Below are positions 22,158-34,735 of a stretch of 64,000 nt of DNA, in pieces. The notes under the pieces were generated by a model. The model saw only the letters and a program-made list of their open reading frames with translations, searched no databases and had not been told where the DNA came from. A program made the translations under genes and the position numbers. Positions within the stretch are counted from its first letter, which is position 1. The number at the start of each line of letters is the position of its first letter. This stretch comes from Macrostomum lignano (taxonomy: Eukaryota): the NCBI GenBank assembly GCA_002269645.1, contig NIVC01000038.1, forward strand, positions 372,001-436,000. Reading direction: 5' to 3'.

Positions 22158-23340
22158 TCAGATCCCAGCTGCCCAGTGTGACAGATCACAACTAGTGCTC
22201 AGGTCCCGGCCCAGAGTGACAGATCACAGCTAGTGCTCAAGTCCCAGTCCAGAGTGACAGATCATAGCTAGTGCTCAAGTCTCAGTCCAGAGTGACAGAT
22301 CACAGTGCTCAGGTCCCAGCCCAGAGTGACAGATCACAGTGCTCAAGTCCCAGTCCAGAGTGACAGATCACAGTGCTCAGGTCCCAGTCCAGAGTGACAG
22401 ATCACAGTGCTCAAGTCCCAGTCCAGAGTGACAGATCACAGAGCTCAGGTCCCAGTCCAGAGTGACAGATCACAGAGCTCAGGTCCCAGTCCAGAGTGAC
22501 AGATCACAGTGCTCAAGTCCAAATCCAGAGTGACAGATCACAGCTAGTGCTCAGGTCCCAGTCCAGAGTGACAGATCACAGTGCTCAGGTCCCAGCCCAG
22601 AGTGACAGATCACAGTGCTCAAGTCCCAGTCCAGAGTGACAGATCACAGTACTCAGGTCCCAGTCCAGAGTGACAGATCACAGTGCTCAGGTCACAGCCC
22701 AGAGTGACAGATCACAGTGCTCAGGTCCCAGTCCAGAGTGACAGATCACAGTGCTCAGGTCCCAGCCCAGAGTGACAGATCACAGTGCTCAGGTCCCAGC
22801 CCAGAGTGACAGATCACAGTACTCAGGTCCCAGTCCAGAGTGACAGATCACAGTGCTCAGGTCCCAGTCCGGAGTGACAGATCACAGTGCTCAGGTCCCA
22901 GCCCAGAGTGACAGATCACAGTGCTCAGGTCCCAGCCCAGAGTGACAGATCACAGTGCTCAGGTCCCAGTCCAGAGTGACAGATCACAGTACTCAGGTCC
23001 CAGCCCAGAGTGACAGATCACAGTGCTCAGGTCCCAGCCCAGAGTGACAGATCACAGTGCTCATGTCCCAGTCCAGAGTGACAGATCACAGTACTCAGGT
23101 CCCAGCCCAGAGTGACAGATCACAGTGCTCAGGTCCCAGCCCAGAGTGACAGATCACAGTGCTCAGGTCCCAGTCCAGAGTGACAGATCACAGTGCTCAG
23201 GTCCCAGTCCAGAGTGACAGATCACAGTGCTCAGGTCCTAGCCTAGAGTGACAGATCACAGTGCTCAGGTCCTAGCCTAGAGTGACAGATCACAGTGCTC
23301 AGGTCCCAGCCGAGAGTGACAGATCACAGCTAGTGCTCAG
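22158..23340. repeat. 34-bp minisatellite, array B (~34 copies)
   Basis: Same unit and orientation as 20721-21170. Confidence 0.95.
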
Positions 23341-23404
23341 ATCATGCTTATGCTCAGTCGGATCGAGTGAGTCATCTTCTCAAAGTCCATTGAAGACCGG
23401 TTTT

Positions 23405-23780
23405 TCACCAGGGCTCAGGTCACTCTTGAATTCATCAATAATCACTCTTGAACGCATCAATGGTCACTCTTGAGCTCATCAATGGTCACTCTAATTGAAC
23501 TCATCAATGGTCACTCTTGAACCCATCAATGGTCACTCTTGAACTCATCAATGGTCACTCTTGAACTCATCAATGGTCACTCTAATTGAACTCATCAATG
23601 GTCACTCTTGGACTCATCAATGGTCACTCTTGGACTCATCAATGGTCACTCTTGGACTCATCAATGGTCACTCTTGGACTCATCAATGGTCACTCCTGAA
23701 CTCACCAATGGTCACTCTTGAACTTATCAATGGTCACTCTTGAACTCATCAATGGTCACTCTTGAGCTCATCAATGGTCA
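23405..23780. repeat. 22-bp minisatellite
   Basis: Unit gaactcatcaatggtcactctt. Confidence 0.92.
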
Positions 23781-24026
23781 CTTGGTGTGTAAGTCTCAGA
23801 TCTCAGAATTGGTTCAAGAACTACTTTGATATTAACGATACTTAAGACCCTTGGATGGGTCTGTTGGAGGTTCACTCACATGGTACGAGCATATATCTTT
23901 ATACTTTAGCTACAAAATAAAAAACAATAATAAATTTCGTTTGTCCTTCAGTTCCGTGTCCTCATCAGCAGTGAAAGTTACTCGTAAACGATTCAAAATA
24001 TTTGAAACAATAAATTGAACATTTCG

Positions 24027-24032
24027 TTTATT
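24027..24032 (-). promoter_or_regulatory. Candidate polyadenylation signal of ARMC3
   Basis: AATAAA on minus strand ~245 nt after the stop codon. Confidence 0.45.
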
Positions 24033-24275
24033 GGTAGGAAAAGTTTCATGCAGTGATAACAGAAAAAAGCATGCAGTTTCAACTTTACAGGTACAATCTG
24101 CCAGAGTTGATTAAGGCACAGGTGATACAGATAACGCCTCAGTTGAAGATCTCTCCATCACAATGTCGTGAAAAAGGAAAAAGTACATATAAAACAAAGA
24201 TCCAAGCTTGCTCCAATTATTGGTATTTGAAAGGTCGCTAACGCAATGTCTCATTGAAGGTCCTGCAGTGCTGCT

Positions 24276-27200
24276 CTAGATCTTCTTGTAGCTGCAGGCC
24301 TCAACTGAGTCGGGTCTGAGCAGCCTGCCGGGCTCGAACACCAGGTCCACCACGAACTGGCTGGGCGGGTGGCTTCGCTGGCCCTGCGATTGGGAATGCT
24401 GGGGATCCTAAATTCCCCAGATCCTAAATTCTCCCCAGATCCTAAATTCCCCAGATCCTAAATTTCCCAGATCCTAAATTAACCAGATACTAAATTCCCC
24501 AGATACTAAATTACCCAGATACTAAATTCCCCAGATACTAAATTACCCAGATACTAAATTCCCCAGATACTAAATTCCCCAGATCCTAAATTCCCTAGAT
24601 CCTAAATTCCCCAGATCCTAAATTCCCCAGATACTCAATTCCCTAGATCCTAAATTCCCCAGATACTAAATTCCCCACATACTAAATTCCCCAGATACTA
24701 AATTCCCCAGATACTAAATTCCCCAGATACTAAATTCCCCACATACTAAATTCCCCAGATACTAAATTCCCCAGATACTAAATTCCCCACATACTAAATT
24801 CCCCACATACTAAATTCCCCACATACTAAATTCCCCAGATACTAAATTCCCCACATACTAAATTCCCCACATACTAAATTCCCCACATACTAAATTCCCC
24901 AGATACTAAATTCCCCAGATACTAAATTCCCCACATACTAAATTCCCCACATACTAAATTCCCCACATACTAAATTCCCCACATACTAAATTCCCCACAT
25001 ACTAAATTCCCCAGATACTAAATTCCCCATATTATAAATTCTCCAGATCCTAAATTCCAAAGATCATAAATTCTCCAGATCCTAAATTCCCCAGATACTA
25101 AATTCCACACACCCTAAATTCTACAGACCGACTCGCTTGAGCAGCTCACCTCGGACTCGGTCAGCCAGACCTCATTCCACGCCCGATTGTACTGGCCCCG
25201 GACCAGCGTGCAGTTGATGCCGACCCTGTCTGCCAGGAACTGCGGGGGAGAGGATGTGAGAGACTGTTTGATGAAGAAGAGCAGTTCACAAACGAAGACA
25301 CACTGACCACTCACAAATAAAGGCACACTCACTGCTCACAAAGACACACTGACTGCTCACAACGACACACTGACTGCTCGCAAAGACACACTGACTTCTC
25401 AGACACACTGACTTCTCAGACCCACTGACTGCTCACCTTAAACAGCAGCGCCCTGTGACAGTGAATGCCTGCACTGACCAGCCCAATTGGCACAACGTTG
25501 GACTTGAGCGCGAACTTGAGCTGGCTGAGTGGCAGCTCATAGCCAAACTGCATGAGCTCGCCGTGCTCGATGGCGCCGCCCATTCGCTCGGAGACCAGCC
25601 CGGCCAGCTGCTGGATCTCCTCCCGAGCGCTGCCACTCTGCGCCACCAATCGTTCGGCCTCCTCGATGCAGCGGCGCAGGCCCGCGTCCTCCGGCGGGCT
25701 GTACGGCTTCGGCGTCGCTTCGACCGCTGCGGCGGCGGCTGCGGCTGCGGCGGCTGCGGCAGCGGTGGCGGCGGCGGCTGCAGCGGCGGCTTCCGCGTCG
25801 CCTCGCTTGCCTTTCCTGCAGAAATAATAAATTTAGATAGTAATATTCTCGGCTTACCTACTTGCAGTAGGCTACTGGCGTATTGACTGTATCTTATCTG
25901 GTAAGGGAATTGATAGGAGCGCTATCAAACAGAAGTACATTAAGCACTTTTATTACTTGACGGCAGGGTTTTTGGTGGTTAGCGTGGGATATTAAAACTC
26001 AACAATTCGATGTTATTGCATAAGCGCAAAACCAAATTAATGCGGGTTTTGTTAGTATTCTACATTGTTCTACACAACAGAATCTCCTGTAAGTATCGCT
26101 TTTCAGTAGATTGAAATCGTGTGCTCACGCTGAGTCCTTTGGACTGAAACAGGAGAATTTGAAGAGATTTGACGTGCTGAATTTAATACATAAATAAATA
26201 TGATTTCTAAATTTACAGTCTTCTAATGCTACTTCAAGCAGTGGCGGAAGCATAGTACTGTAAATATGGCTGATAAATGTTTGTTTTAATATGCTATCCG
26301 CTATGACAGGCACGGCTCAGCAGGAGACTCAACGAGCGACTCTGTCAGCTTTGCCCATCATGGACTCACGACTTCGATCTGCGCCCTGTTGGTGTGGCTT
26401 TGCTGTCGTCCATCTGCTGGCTGGACTTTTGCTCTTCGCTGTCCGCCTCCGTGGCCGCATCGTTGAGGGTCTCCGGCGGCGGCCTGGGGTGGTGACGGAG
26501 TGAGCTGGTGATGAAGTGAGCTGGTGATGGAGTGAGCTGCTGATGGAGTGACGGAAGAAGCGCGATACACGAATAGGGACGAATGAAGAGTGACGGATGC
26601 TGCTGAGTGGTGGATGAAGATTCACGGATGAAGAGTGACAGATGAAGAGTGACGAATGAAGAGTGACGGATGAAGAGTGACGGACGAAGAGTGACGGACG
26701 AAGAGTGACGGATGAAGAGTGACGAATGAAGAGTGACGGATGAAGAGTGACGAATGAAGAGTGACGGACGAAGAGTGACGGATGAAGAGTGACGGATGAA
26801 GAGTGACGGATGAAGAGTGACGAATGAAGAGTGACGGACGAAGAGTGACGGACGAAGAGTGACGGATGAAGAGTGACGAATGAAGAGTGATGGATGAAGA
26901 GTGGTGGATGAAGAGGGACAAAAAAAGTGACGGGTGAAAAGTAAGAATAAAGACAAAGGCATATATATATATATATATCAGTTCAGGTTGATTTAGTGAT
27001 AGCAACAAGTGCTCAAGTTGCCCTAGCAACTGGCAAATACTGATGAAGTTTAAGTGAAAAATCAAAATGGTTCAGGAGACTGTGAACTAATCAGAAAACC
27101 CGAGCAGCTCAATCATTCCCTCAAGAGCTGAGAAGCAATTCTTACAGAGGTGGCTGCGCGTTCAGCAGCAGCACTGGCCGCCTGGTGTTGACCTCCTGGC

Positions 27201-30200
27201 GACCGAAGGCCTCCAGCGATGGCAGATGGTCCTCTGGACGGAGCTGGCCAGGGTCGTAAAACAGGTCCGGGATCCTGTCAGTGGTGGCTGCGGGTTTGTG
27301 GGGAGGCTCTGTGACACTGCTGATATCAGCTCACTAGCATTGGTCACACTATCTGATGGTCACTCACAGAGATAGCCAGTCAGCGCGTACTTCAAGTTCA
27401 GGTTGCTGTCCAGCAGTTTGTTCAGCGCAATCTCGGAGAACTTGTTCCTCTTCGTGTCCGACTTGTTGATGGCCTGAAGAAGCTCGAGGCCTCTGCGTTG
27501 ATGGAGAAGCGATTTAGGTGAATATCCCTCAGAACACCGCTAAATTTGATTGAGTTGCATCTGTTTATTTCTTTATTAAAATGGCTTGCGAAATTAAGAA
27601 TATCATTTATTTATCACTTATATCATCCTGTCTATGGCAGAGGTCACTCAAGGACATCGTGTCTATGGCTGAGGTCACTCAAGGACATCCTGTCTATGGC
27701 TGAGGTCACTCAAGGACATCCTGTCTATGGCAGAGGTTACTCAAGGACATCCTGTCTAAGGCAGAGGTTACTCAAGGACATCCTGTCTATGGAAAAACTC
27801 ACTTCAGCTTGTAGATCTCATTGGCGGTCTCAGAGTCGGCAGCCAGCACAGCAACAGCCCAACAAGCGGCCCGCCGCACCGGGTCGCTGTCCGACATGAG
27901 CAGCGGCACGAGCAGCGGCAGGCATTTGCCGCTCTTGCGGAAGTCCTCCCTGGGCCCGGGCTCGCACACGAAGCAGGCGACCGCGGTGGCTGCCCTCTGC
28001 TGCACCAGCAGCGACCTTCGAAGAGGGACAGGGAAAGGCGCGGCTGAACTTGAGGGCCGACCACCAAGGCACAGGGTGTGTGCTGCCTCACAATACAAGT
28101 AAGAGACTGGCTGAGGGACAGAATGAAAGAATGACTAAGTGAGTAACTGAGTGACTGAGTGACTGAGTAACTGAGTGACTGAGTGACTGAGTGACTGAGC
28201 GACTGAGCGACTGAGTGACTGAGTGGCTGAGTGACTGAGTGACTGACTGACTGACTGACTGACTGACTGACTGACTGACTGACTGACTGACTGACTGACT
28301 GACTGACTGACTGACTGACTGACTGACTGACTGACTGACTGACTGACTGACTGACTGACTGACTGACTGACTGACTGACTGACTGACTGACTGACTGACT
28401 GACTGACTGACTGACTGACTGACTGACTGACTGACTGACTGACTGACTGACTGACTGACTGACTGACTGACTGACTGACTGAGTGACTGACTGACTGACT
28501 GACTGACTGACTGACTGACTGACTGACTGACTGACTGACTGACTGACTGACTGACTGACTGACTGACTGACTGACTGACTGACTGAGTGACTGAGTGACT
28601 GGTTCAGCTGACCCCAGAATCAGCGGCAGCAGCTCCAACCCTGCAATCATATTTAGAGTTCCTGGGGTTTCGGGTTGGCCAGTTAAGCACGGAGCATTCA
28701 CTCAGGCCAGCCCATTCGCCTCACTTTGATCCCAAGGGATTCTGCAGCGCATTGAGCAGGCCCTGATGAAGCACTTTGTGCCGGAGGCTGTCCGTAGTGG
28801 ACAAATTGACGAGGGCGGTCAGACCGTTGCAGGCGATTCGTTCGTTCTCGTTCGACAGGCAGCCGATCAGGTTCTCGATGCCGTGGCTGATGGCCCCGAC
28901 GGCTCTGGGGATGCAGGATGTGAGATGGCGGGTTCTTTATGGCTGACGCTCTACTCACAGTAGGTACACAAGTGAATGTAATTATTTTGTGAGATACATT
29001 GATAGTTAGATTGATTAACCCTTTATTTGATCGATTCGATTAAGGTCTTTTAAGGACATCCGTGTCGATGACTGAGGTCACTCAAGGGCATCCTGCCTAT
29101 GGCTGAGGTCACTCAAGGGCATCCTGTCTATGGCTGAGGTCACTCAAGGGCATCCTGCCTATGGCTGAGGTCACTCAAGGGCACCCTGTCTATGACTGAG
29201 GTCACTCAAGGTCACCTTGGGACTGGCCCTTATCTGTGTGAATCACTTGAATCTTGTAGATTTCCCAGTTCCCAACTCACGAGCAGATGTCTGAGTTGCC
29301 CGAGGTCAGATTGGCCACAGCCAGAGAGCTGGCCTCCTTGATCTCCTTGTTTTCCAGTTTGGTCATCTTCACGAGGGGCTCAAGGCCCTCTAAAAAAGCA
29401 ATAATAGAATACATAAATCTTCTTTTCTTGAACGTATACAAATATGTAGCGAATTATCGTATAAAAAAAGAATATTCACCCGATATGTATCGAAATCAAT
29501 TGTAATAGTACACACACGATATGTATCGAAAACAATTATATTATTATACATCCGATATGTATCGAAAACAATTATAATATTACACACACGATATGTATCG
29601 AAAAAAAATTGTTTCACGCTAGCTATATCTATTAAAAGTGCCTTGATAATCAGAATCACTTCTATAAACTGCAGCACTAACCATATCTCACGATGGCCTG
29701 CTGGCACTGGAAGCTCTCCCCCATGATGGCGAGGGCGGTGGCCGCGGCTGCCCTCACTTTGTCATCCTCGTGAGTCAGCAGCTGCACCAGCATCTTCTCG
29801 GCTTCGCAATCGTGCAGAACTCGCTTGCCGGCTTCTGCAGGCGGCGTAAGTAGTAAAATAAGCATTTTTGTTACTTTTAGAGGAGAGTCTAGCCCTAGCA
29901 ACGAGCGGGTCTAGCGGTTGGCTTCAATGCGCTTAAGGTCCCGAGTTCGAGCCCTAGTGGTCGAAATATTTATTTTTATAAAGTATGGTATTTATTAAAA
30001 TAAAATCTAACTATTTTTTTAAAATACACCATTAATTCAATTATTAATCAAACAAGACTGACCAGTTCGAGCAGCTCTAGCAATGGCTCTGGCAGCGTGC
30101 ATCTTCACTTCTGGCAGCATGTGAGACGGAACACTCTCGGCCTCCTTCTTGTCTGGAAAAGATTGATTTTTATTGTAATAACCAAATTATACTACTAATA

Positions 30201-31054
30201 GCGACAGAGACAATTGATCTTTAATTTGTAGCGCGCAAATAATTTGACCGTGATCATTTTTAAACATTTTTAAAGTTGATTTTGAAAAAAAATAAAACCG
30301 AATTCTTCTGAAACTACTAATTTAAGTAAAACTGTAAATCCGTGACAATCGAAATTGAAATAGAAAAGAATTGATTGCTTGTGAGATCATTTTATTCATT
30401 TTGGCAGGGGGGCAGCGGTGATCGAACCAGGGATCCCGTGTAACGCTGAGCTCATTTTAACAAATATAAATAAAAAATGGCAAAATTTAGACACGACGAT
30501 TGATTGATTTGTGACTCAAGTGTGTGACTGTTCGGAGCGTTTCTGTCCTTACAGGTGGCCCTTGCAGCTGCTTCCTCGTCATCATCAGTTGTTGTGTCTT
30601 CTGGCGTTCAAGGATTGTTCATTTGGTCACTCAAGTATTCAACTATTTTATCAATTGAAAACGTTCATTTACACTACTTATTGCGAGTAGCACATAAAAT
30701 CGTTTTGTTTCGGCTGTCAGCTACCGTAGTTAAAACTTTCCATAATAACTAGGGGGATTCCCATCATCACTAGGGAATTACCATAATCACTAGGGAATTC
30801 CATCGTCACTAGAGGAATTTCCATCATTTTAAGGGAATATCAATAATTCCCTGCTGCAGACTCTCCAAATCCTCACCGTCTTCTCCCTTCTTCTTCTTGG
30901 CACTCTTCGGCTTGCCCTTGCCCTTGGCGTCCTTGGCTGCCTGCTCCTCCGGTGGCGGCGTCTGCTCCGTGATGAAGGCCACGAATCGAACCAGACCGCC
31001 ATTCTCTTTTAGTTGCTATTGGGGATGAAATGGATGGGTGATAGATAGGCAGGC

Positions 31055-31143
<89 letters not shown>

Positions 31144-31186
31144 GGCAGGCAGGCAGACAGACAGGCAGACAGACAGACAGACAGGC

Positions 31187-31243
<57 letters not shown>

Positions 31244-31362
31244 GGCAGGCAGGCAGACAGACAGGCAGACAGACAGACAGGCAGACAGACAGACAGACAG
31301 ACAGAAAGACAGACAGACAGACAGACAGTCAGACAGACAGTCAGACAGACAGTCAGACAGGC

Positions 31363-31461
<99 letters not shown>

Positions 31462-33709
31462 GACAGACAGGCAGGCAGACAGGCAGACAGGCAGGCAGAC
31501 AGACAGCTCACCAGCAAGCTGTCAATATCGTCAGCGCAGTTTGCCAGAACGTGCAGCGCGTGCACGTGCAGGTCGTTGCACTCGGGCCGCCCAACGATGT
31601 TGACGAAGGCCTTCAGAGCATCCAACTCTCGCAGGGCAGCCCTGTTGCCGGCTGAAAGGGGAGCAGTGCTGGTACCTTTAAACCCTTTTTTTTAGATTCC
31701 CAGGTACACACCTACCGGGGTAAGAATACTGCTCTGAAAGGTAATCATGTATACTTATTTTCGACACGCCATTTGTCCTTTCTAGTATGGTGTCAGAAAT
31801 ACTACTATTCTGACGAAGCATCTTTACTGACTCACTATAATCTCACTGTCTTCCCTGACACTACCTAAATTCCACACACTTGAATGAATTATAAATTTAA
31901 AATAACGACTGTGAATCGCAGAGAGGATATCCGCTGGGTTACCCACCATCCTGGGTGGCCCGAATCAGAGCCTGCAGCGCCAGCTCCTGAATGGCTGGAA
32001 ACTCCGACTGCAGCAGCGACAGCAGCGCTTCGAGACCACCGGCCTCCTTCAGAGCCGCCTTTGCTTCAAAGTCCTGTGGAGGGGGTTGACTTTTCGCTGA
32101 TTAAATTTTGCGATTGGATCTGGGAGACTGGCTCAGCAACTGAGGATCTGGGAGGATGGCCCAGCAACTGAGGATCTGGGAGGATGGCCCAGCAACTGAG
32201 GATCTGGGAGGCTGGCCCAGCAACTGAGGATCTGGGAGGCTGGCTCAGCAACTGAGGATCTGGGAGGCTGGCTCAGCAACTGAGGATCTGGGAGGCTGGC
32301 TCAGCAACTGAGGATCTGGAAGGCTGGCTCAGCAACTGAGGATCTGGAAGGCTGGCTCAGCAACTGAGGATCTTAGAGGCAGAGGATCTGGCAGCTCTCA
32401 CCTGCAGCAATAACGCCACGCACTCGGCAGCATTGCGTTGCACATCCGGGTCCTCATCGCGCATGCACTCGACCAGCTGGTCGAGGCCGCCGTGATCCAG
32501 AATCACCGCGATGCTGGCGAACTCCTTGGCCAAGTTTGCCAGCGCCATCGTGGCGAACTCGTTGGTTGTGGTGAACTCTAATTGTGAGTTGTTGATTTGA
32601 GAGGCTTTTAGATTTAAGAAGTGAACTGTGCCTGATTGCTTGTGTTTAAATAAATCTGTCTAAAACATGTATTTTGTATAAAACTGTTACGTCACCAGTC
32701 TGTTATGTAACCTGCCTCTCATGTCTAATATCTTTTGTCATTGTCCTACCTGTCTTTCATGTGCTACCTGTGTGTCATGTCCTACCTGTGTGTCATGTCC
32801 TACCTGTCTGTAATGTGCTACCTGTGTGTCATGTGCTACCTGTGTGTCATGTGCTACCTGTGTGTCATGTGCTACCTGTGTGTCATGTGCTACCTGTCTG
32901 TAATGTGCTACCTGTGTGTCATGTGCTACCTGTCTGTAATGTGCTACCTGTGTGTCATGTGCTACCTGTCTGTAATGTGCTACCTGTGTGTCATGTGCTA
33001 CCTGTCTGTAATGTGCTACCTGTGTGTCATGTGCTACCTGTCTGTAATGTGCTACCTGTGTGTCATGTGCTACCTGTCTGTAATGTGCTACCTGTGTGTC
33101 ATGTGCTACCTGTGTTTCATGTGCTACCTGTCTGTCGTGTGCTACCTGTCTGTAATGTGCTACCTGTGTGTCATGTGTTACCTGTCTGTCGTGTGCTACC
33201 TGTGTGTCATGTCCTACCTGTGTGTCATGTCCTACCTGTGTGTCATGTGCTACCTGTGTGTCATGTCCTACCTGTGTGTCATGTGCTACCTGTCTGTAAT
33301 GCGCTACCAGCAAGTGTTCATAATGCATCTGTTATATCACATCACAAATCTATAATATAATTCCAATAGTTCTGTCAGTTTTCCCTTGTTTTCTCTTTGC
33401 CACGCCATGAGCCCTCAGTCACAGACCTTCCGCCTGCAGCAGCCGTAGCAGCAGCGGCACCGGGTCCTCCCGCTTTCGCAGCAGTTTGCGCACGTCCGGG
33501 TGCGCAGTCAGGGTGGCCAGCGCCATCACGGAGTTCCGCCGAATGGTGCGATCCTCGGAGGCCATCAGGCGAAGCAGGCCGTCCACTGCGCCTCCGTCTA
33601 GCAGTTGCTTCTTGTTCTCGTCACCTGGGGTGATGGGGCTTGAGTTTGTAGACATACAGACAGACAGGCAGACAGGCAGACAGACAGGCAGACAGGCAGA
33701 CAGACAGGC

Positions 33710-33770
<61 letters not shown>

Positions 33771-33780
33771 GGCAGACAGG

Positions 33781-33818
<38 letters not shown>

Positions 33819-34735
33819 CTAAGACAGACACAAAGATAGACACTGGGACAGACACTGAGACAGACACTGGGACAGACACTGAGACAGACACTAGGACAGA
33901 CACTAAGACAGATACTGAGACAGACACTAAGACAGACACAAAGATAGACACTGGGACAGACACTGAGACAGACACTGGGACAGACACTGAGACAGACGCT
34001 AAGACAGACACTGAGACAGATACTGAGACAGACACTAAGACAGACACTAAGACAGACACTAGGACAGACACTGGGACAGACACTAAGACAGACACTGAGA
34101 CAGACACTAAGACAGACACTGAGACAGACACTAAGACAGACACTAGGACAGACACTGAGACAGACACTAGGACAGACACTGAGACAGACACTAAGACAGA
34201 CACTAGGACAGACACTGGGACAGACACTAAGACAGGCACAAAGACAGACACTAAGACAGACACTAGGACAGACACTAAGACAGACACTGGGACAGACACT
34301 GAGACAGACACTAAGACAGACACTAAGACAGACACTAGGACAGACACTAGGACAGACACTGAGACAGACGCTAAGACAAACACTAGGACAGACACTAAGA
34401 CAGACACTAGGACAGACACTAAGACAGACACTGAGACAGGCACTGAGACAGACAAAGATAAAAGCAGACTCACATTTGTTAGCAAATTTGTACAGTCCAT
34501 CACAGGCTTTTGCCTGAACTTCCTCTTCTGGGCTGTCCAGCATGAGAATGGCGGTCTGCGCAGTCTTTGACTCCAGAGGCAGAGGATCAAACTAAAGAGG
34601 AATTGGAGTGGAGAGAGTTGCAAAAAAAAAGAATTTTTTTGTTTTTATCAAACAACGCAGTGCAGCGAAAATATAACTCACCACATCCTCTGGAGGAGCC
34701 TTGTCATCCTTTCCTTTGCCTCGTCTGATCACCAT
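24276..34735 (-). CDS. ARMC3: Armadillo repeat-containing protein 3 orthologue, 18 coding exons, 884 aa
   Basis: Exons (minus): 34735-34682, 34591-34474, 33624-33427, 32577-32402, 32073-31947, 31651-31512, 31015-30877, 30152-30063, 29834-29682, 29389-29281, 28904-28725, 28015-27803, 27492-27368, 27287-27146, 26483-26370, 25815-25437, 25239-25150, 24383-24276. All GT-AG, phases match, total 2655 nt. Peptides match ARMC3 as I recall it: PPEDVFDPLPLESK, LDSPEEEVQAKAC, NKFSEIALNKLLDSNLNLKY, LKSNVVPIG...HRALLFK.LADRVGINCTLVRGQYNRAWNEV, VVDLVFEPG. Confidence 0.93.
24405..25110. repeat. 16-bp minisatellite filling ARMC3 intron 17
   Basis: Unit ccccagatactaaatt, ~44 copies. Confidence 0.95.
25300..25430. 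repeat. ~20-bp short array in ARMC3 intron 16
   Basis: Unit similar to gacacactgactgctcacaa. Confidence 0.8.
26500..26910. repeat. 14-bp minisatellite in ARMC3 intron 14
   Basis: Unit gatgaagagtgacg. Confidence 0.92.
27625..27790. repeat. 31-bp minisatellite in ARMC3 intron 12
   Basis: Unit ctgtctatggctgaggtcactcaaggacatc; same family as 29055-29215. Confidence 0.9.
28135..28600. repeat. (GACT)n microsatellite in ARMC3 intron 11
   Basis: Long pure GACT run flanked by GACTGAGT 8-mers. Confidence 0.97.
29055..29215. repeat. 31-bp minisatellite in ARMC3 intron 10
   Basis: Unit atggctgaggtcactcaagggcatcctgcct. Confidence 0.9.
29480..29600. repeat. ~36-bp short array in ARMC3 intron 9
   Basis: Recurring cgatatgtatcgaaa core. 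Confidence 0.75.
29900..29965 (+). other. Possible tRNA-derived SINE head
   Basis: A-box-like tagcggttgg and B-box-like gagttcgagcc at tRNA-like spacing; no full cloverleaf seen. Confidence 0.25.
31040..31505. repeat. (GACA)n microsatellite in ARMC3 intron 6
   Basis: GACA run with GGCA variants. Confidence 0.97.
32115..32390 (-). repeat. 28-bp minisatellite (dispersed family) in ARMC3 intron 4
   Basis: Unit cagcaactgaggatctgggaggctggcc; reverse complement of the 44165-45165 unit. Confidence 0.93.
32745..33305. repeat. 18-bp minisatellite in ARMC3 intron 3
   Basis: Unit gtgctacctgtgtgtcat alternating with gtgctacctgtctgtaat. Confidence 0.95.
33650..34455 (-). repeat. (GACA)n grading into a 12-bp satellite in ARMC3 intron 2
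   Basis: GACA run to ~33815, then gacagacact(ga/aa/gg); reverse complement of the 52.5-59.6 kb unit. Confidence 0.95.

Noticed and set aside
20721-23340. CRISPR-like appearance of the 34-bp array (also the 28-bp and 40-bp arrays)
   Set aside because: Units are head-to-tail with no unique spacers, there are no cas genes, and the context is eukaryotic.
28135-34623. ORFs such as SQSV, QTDR, CHVLPV and the 374-aa 33419-34543 frame
   Set aside because: They run through repeat-filled ARMC3 introns; the true exons are defined by GT-AG sites with consistent phases.
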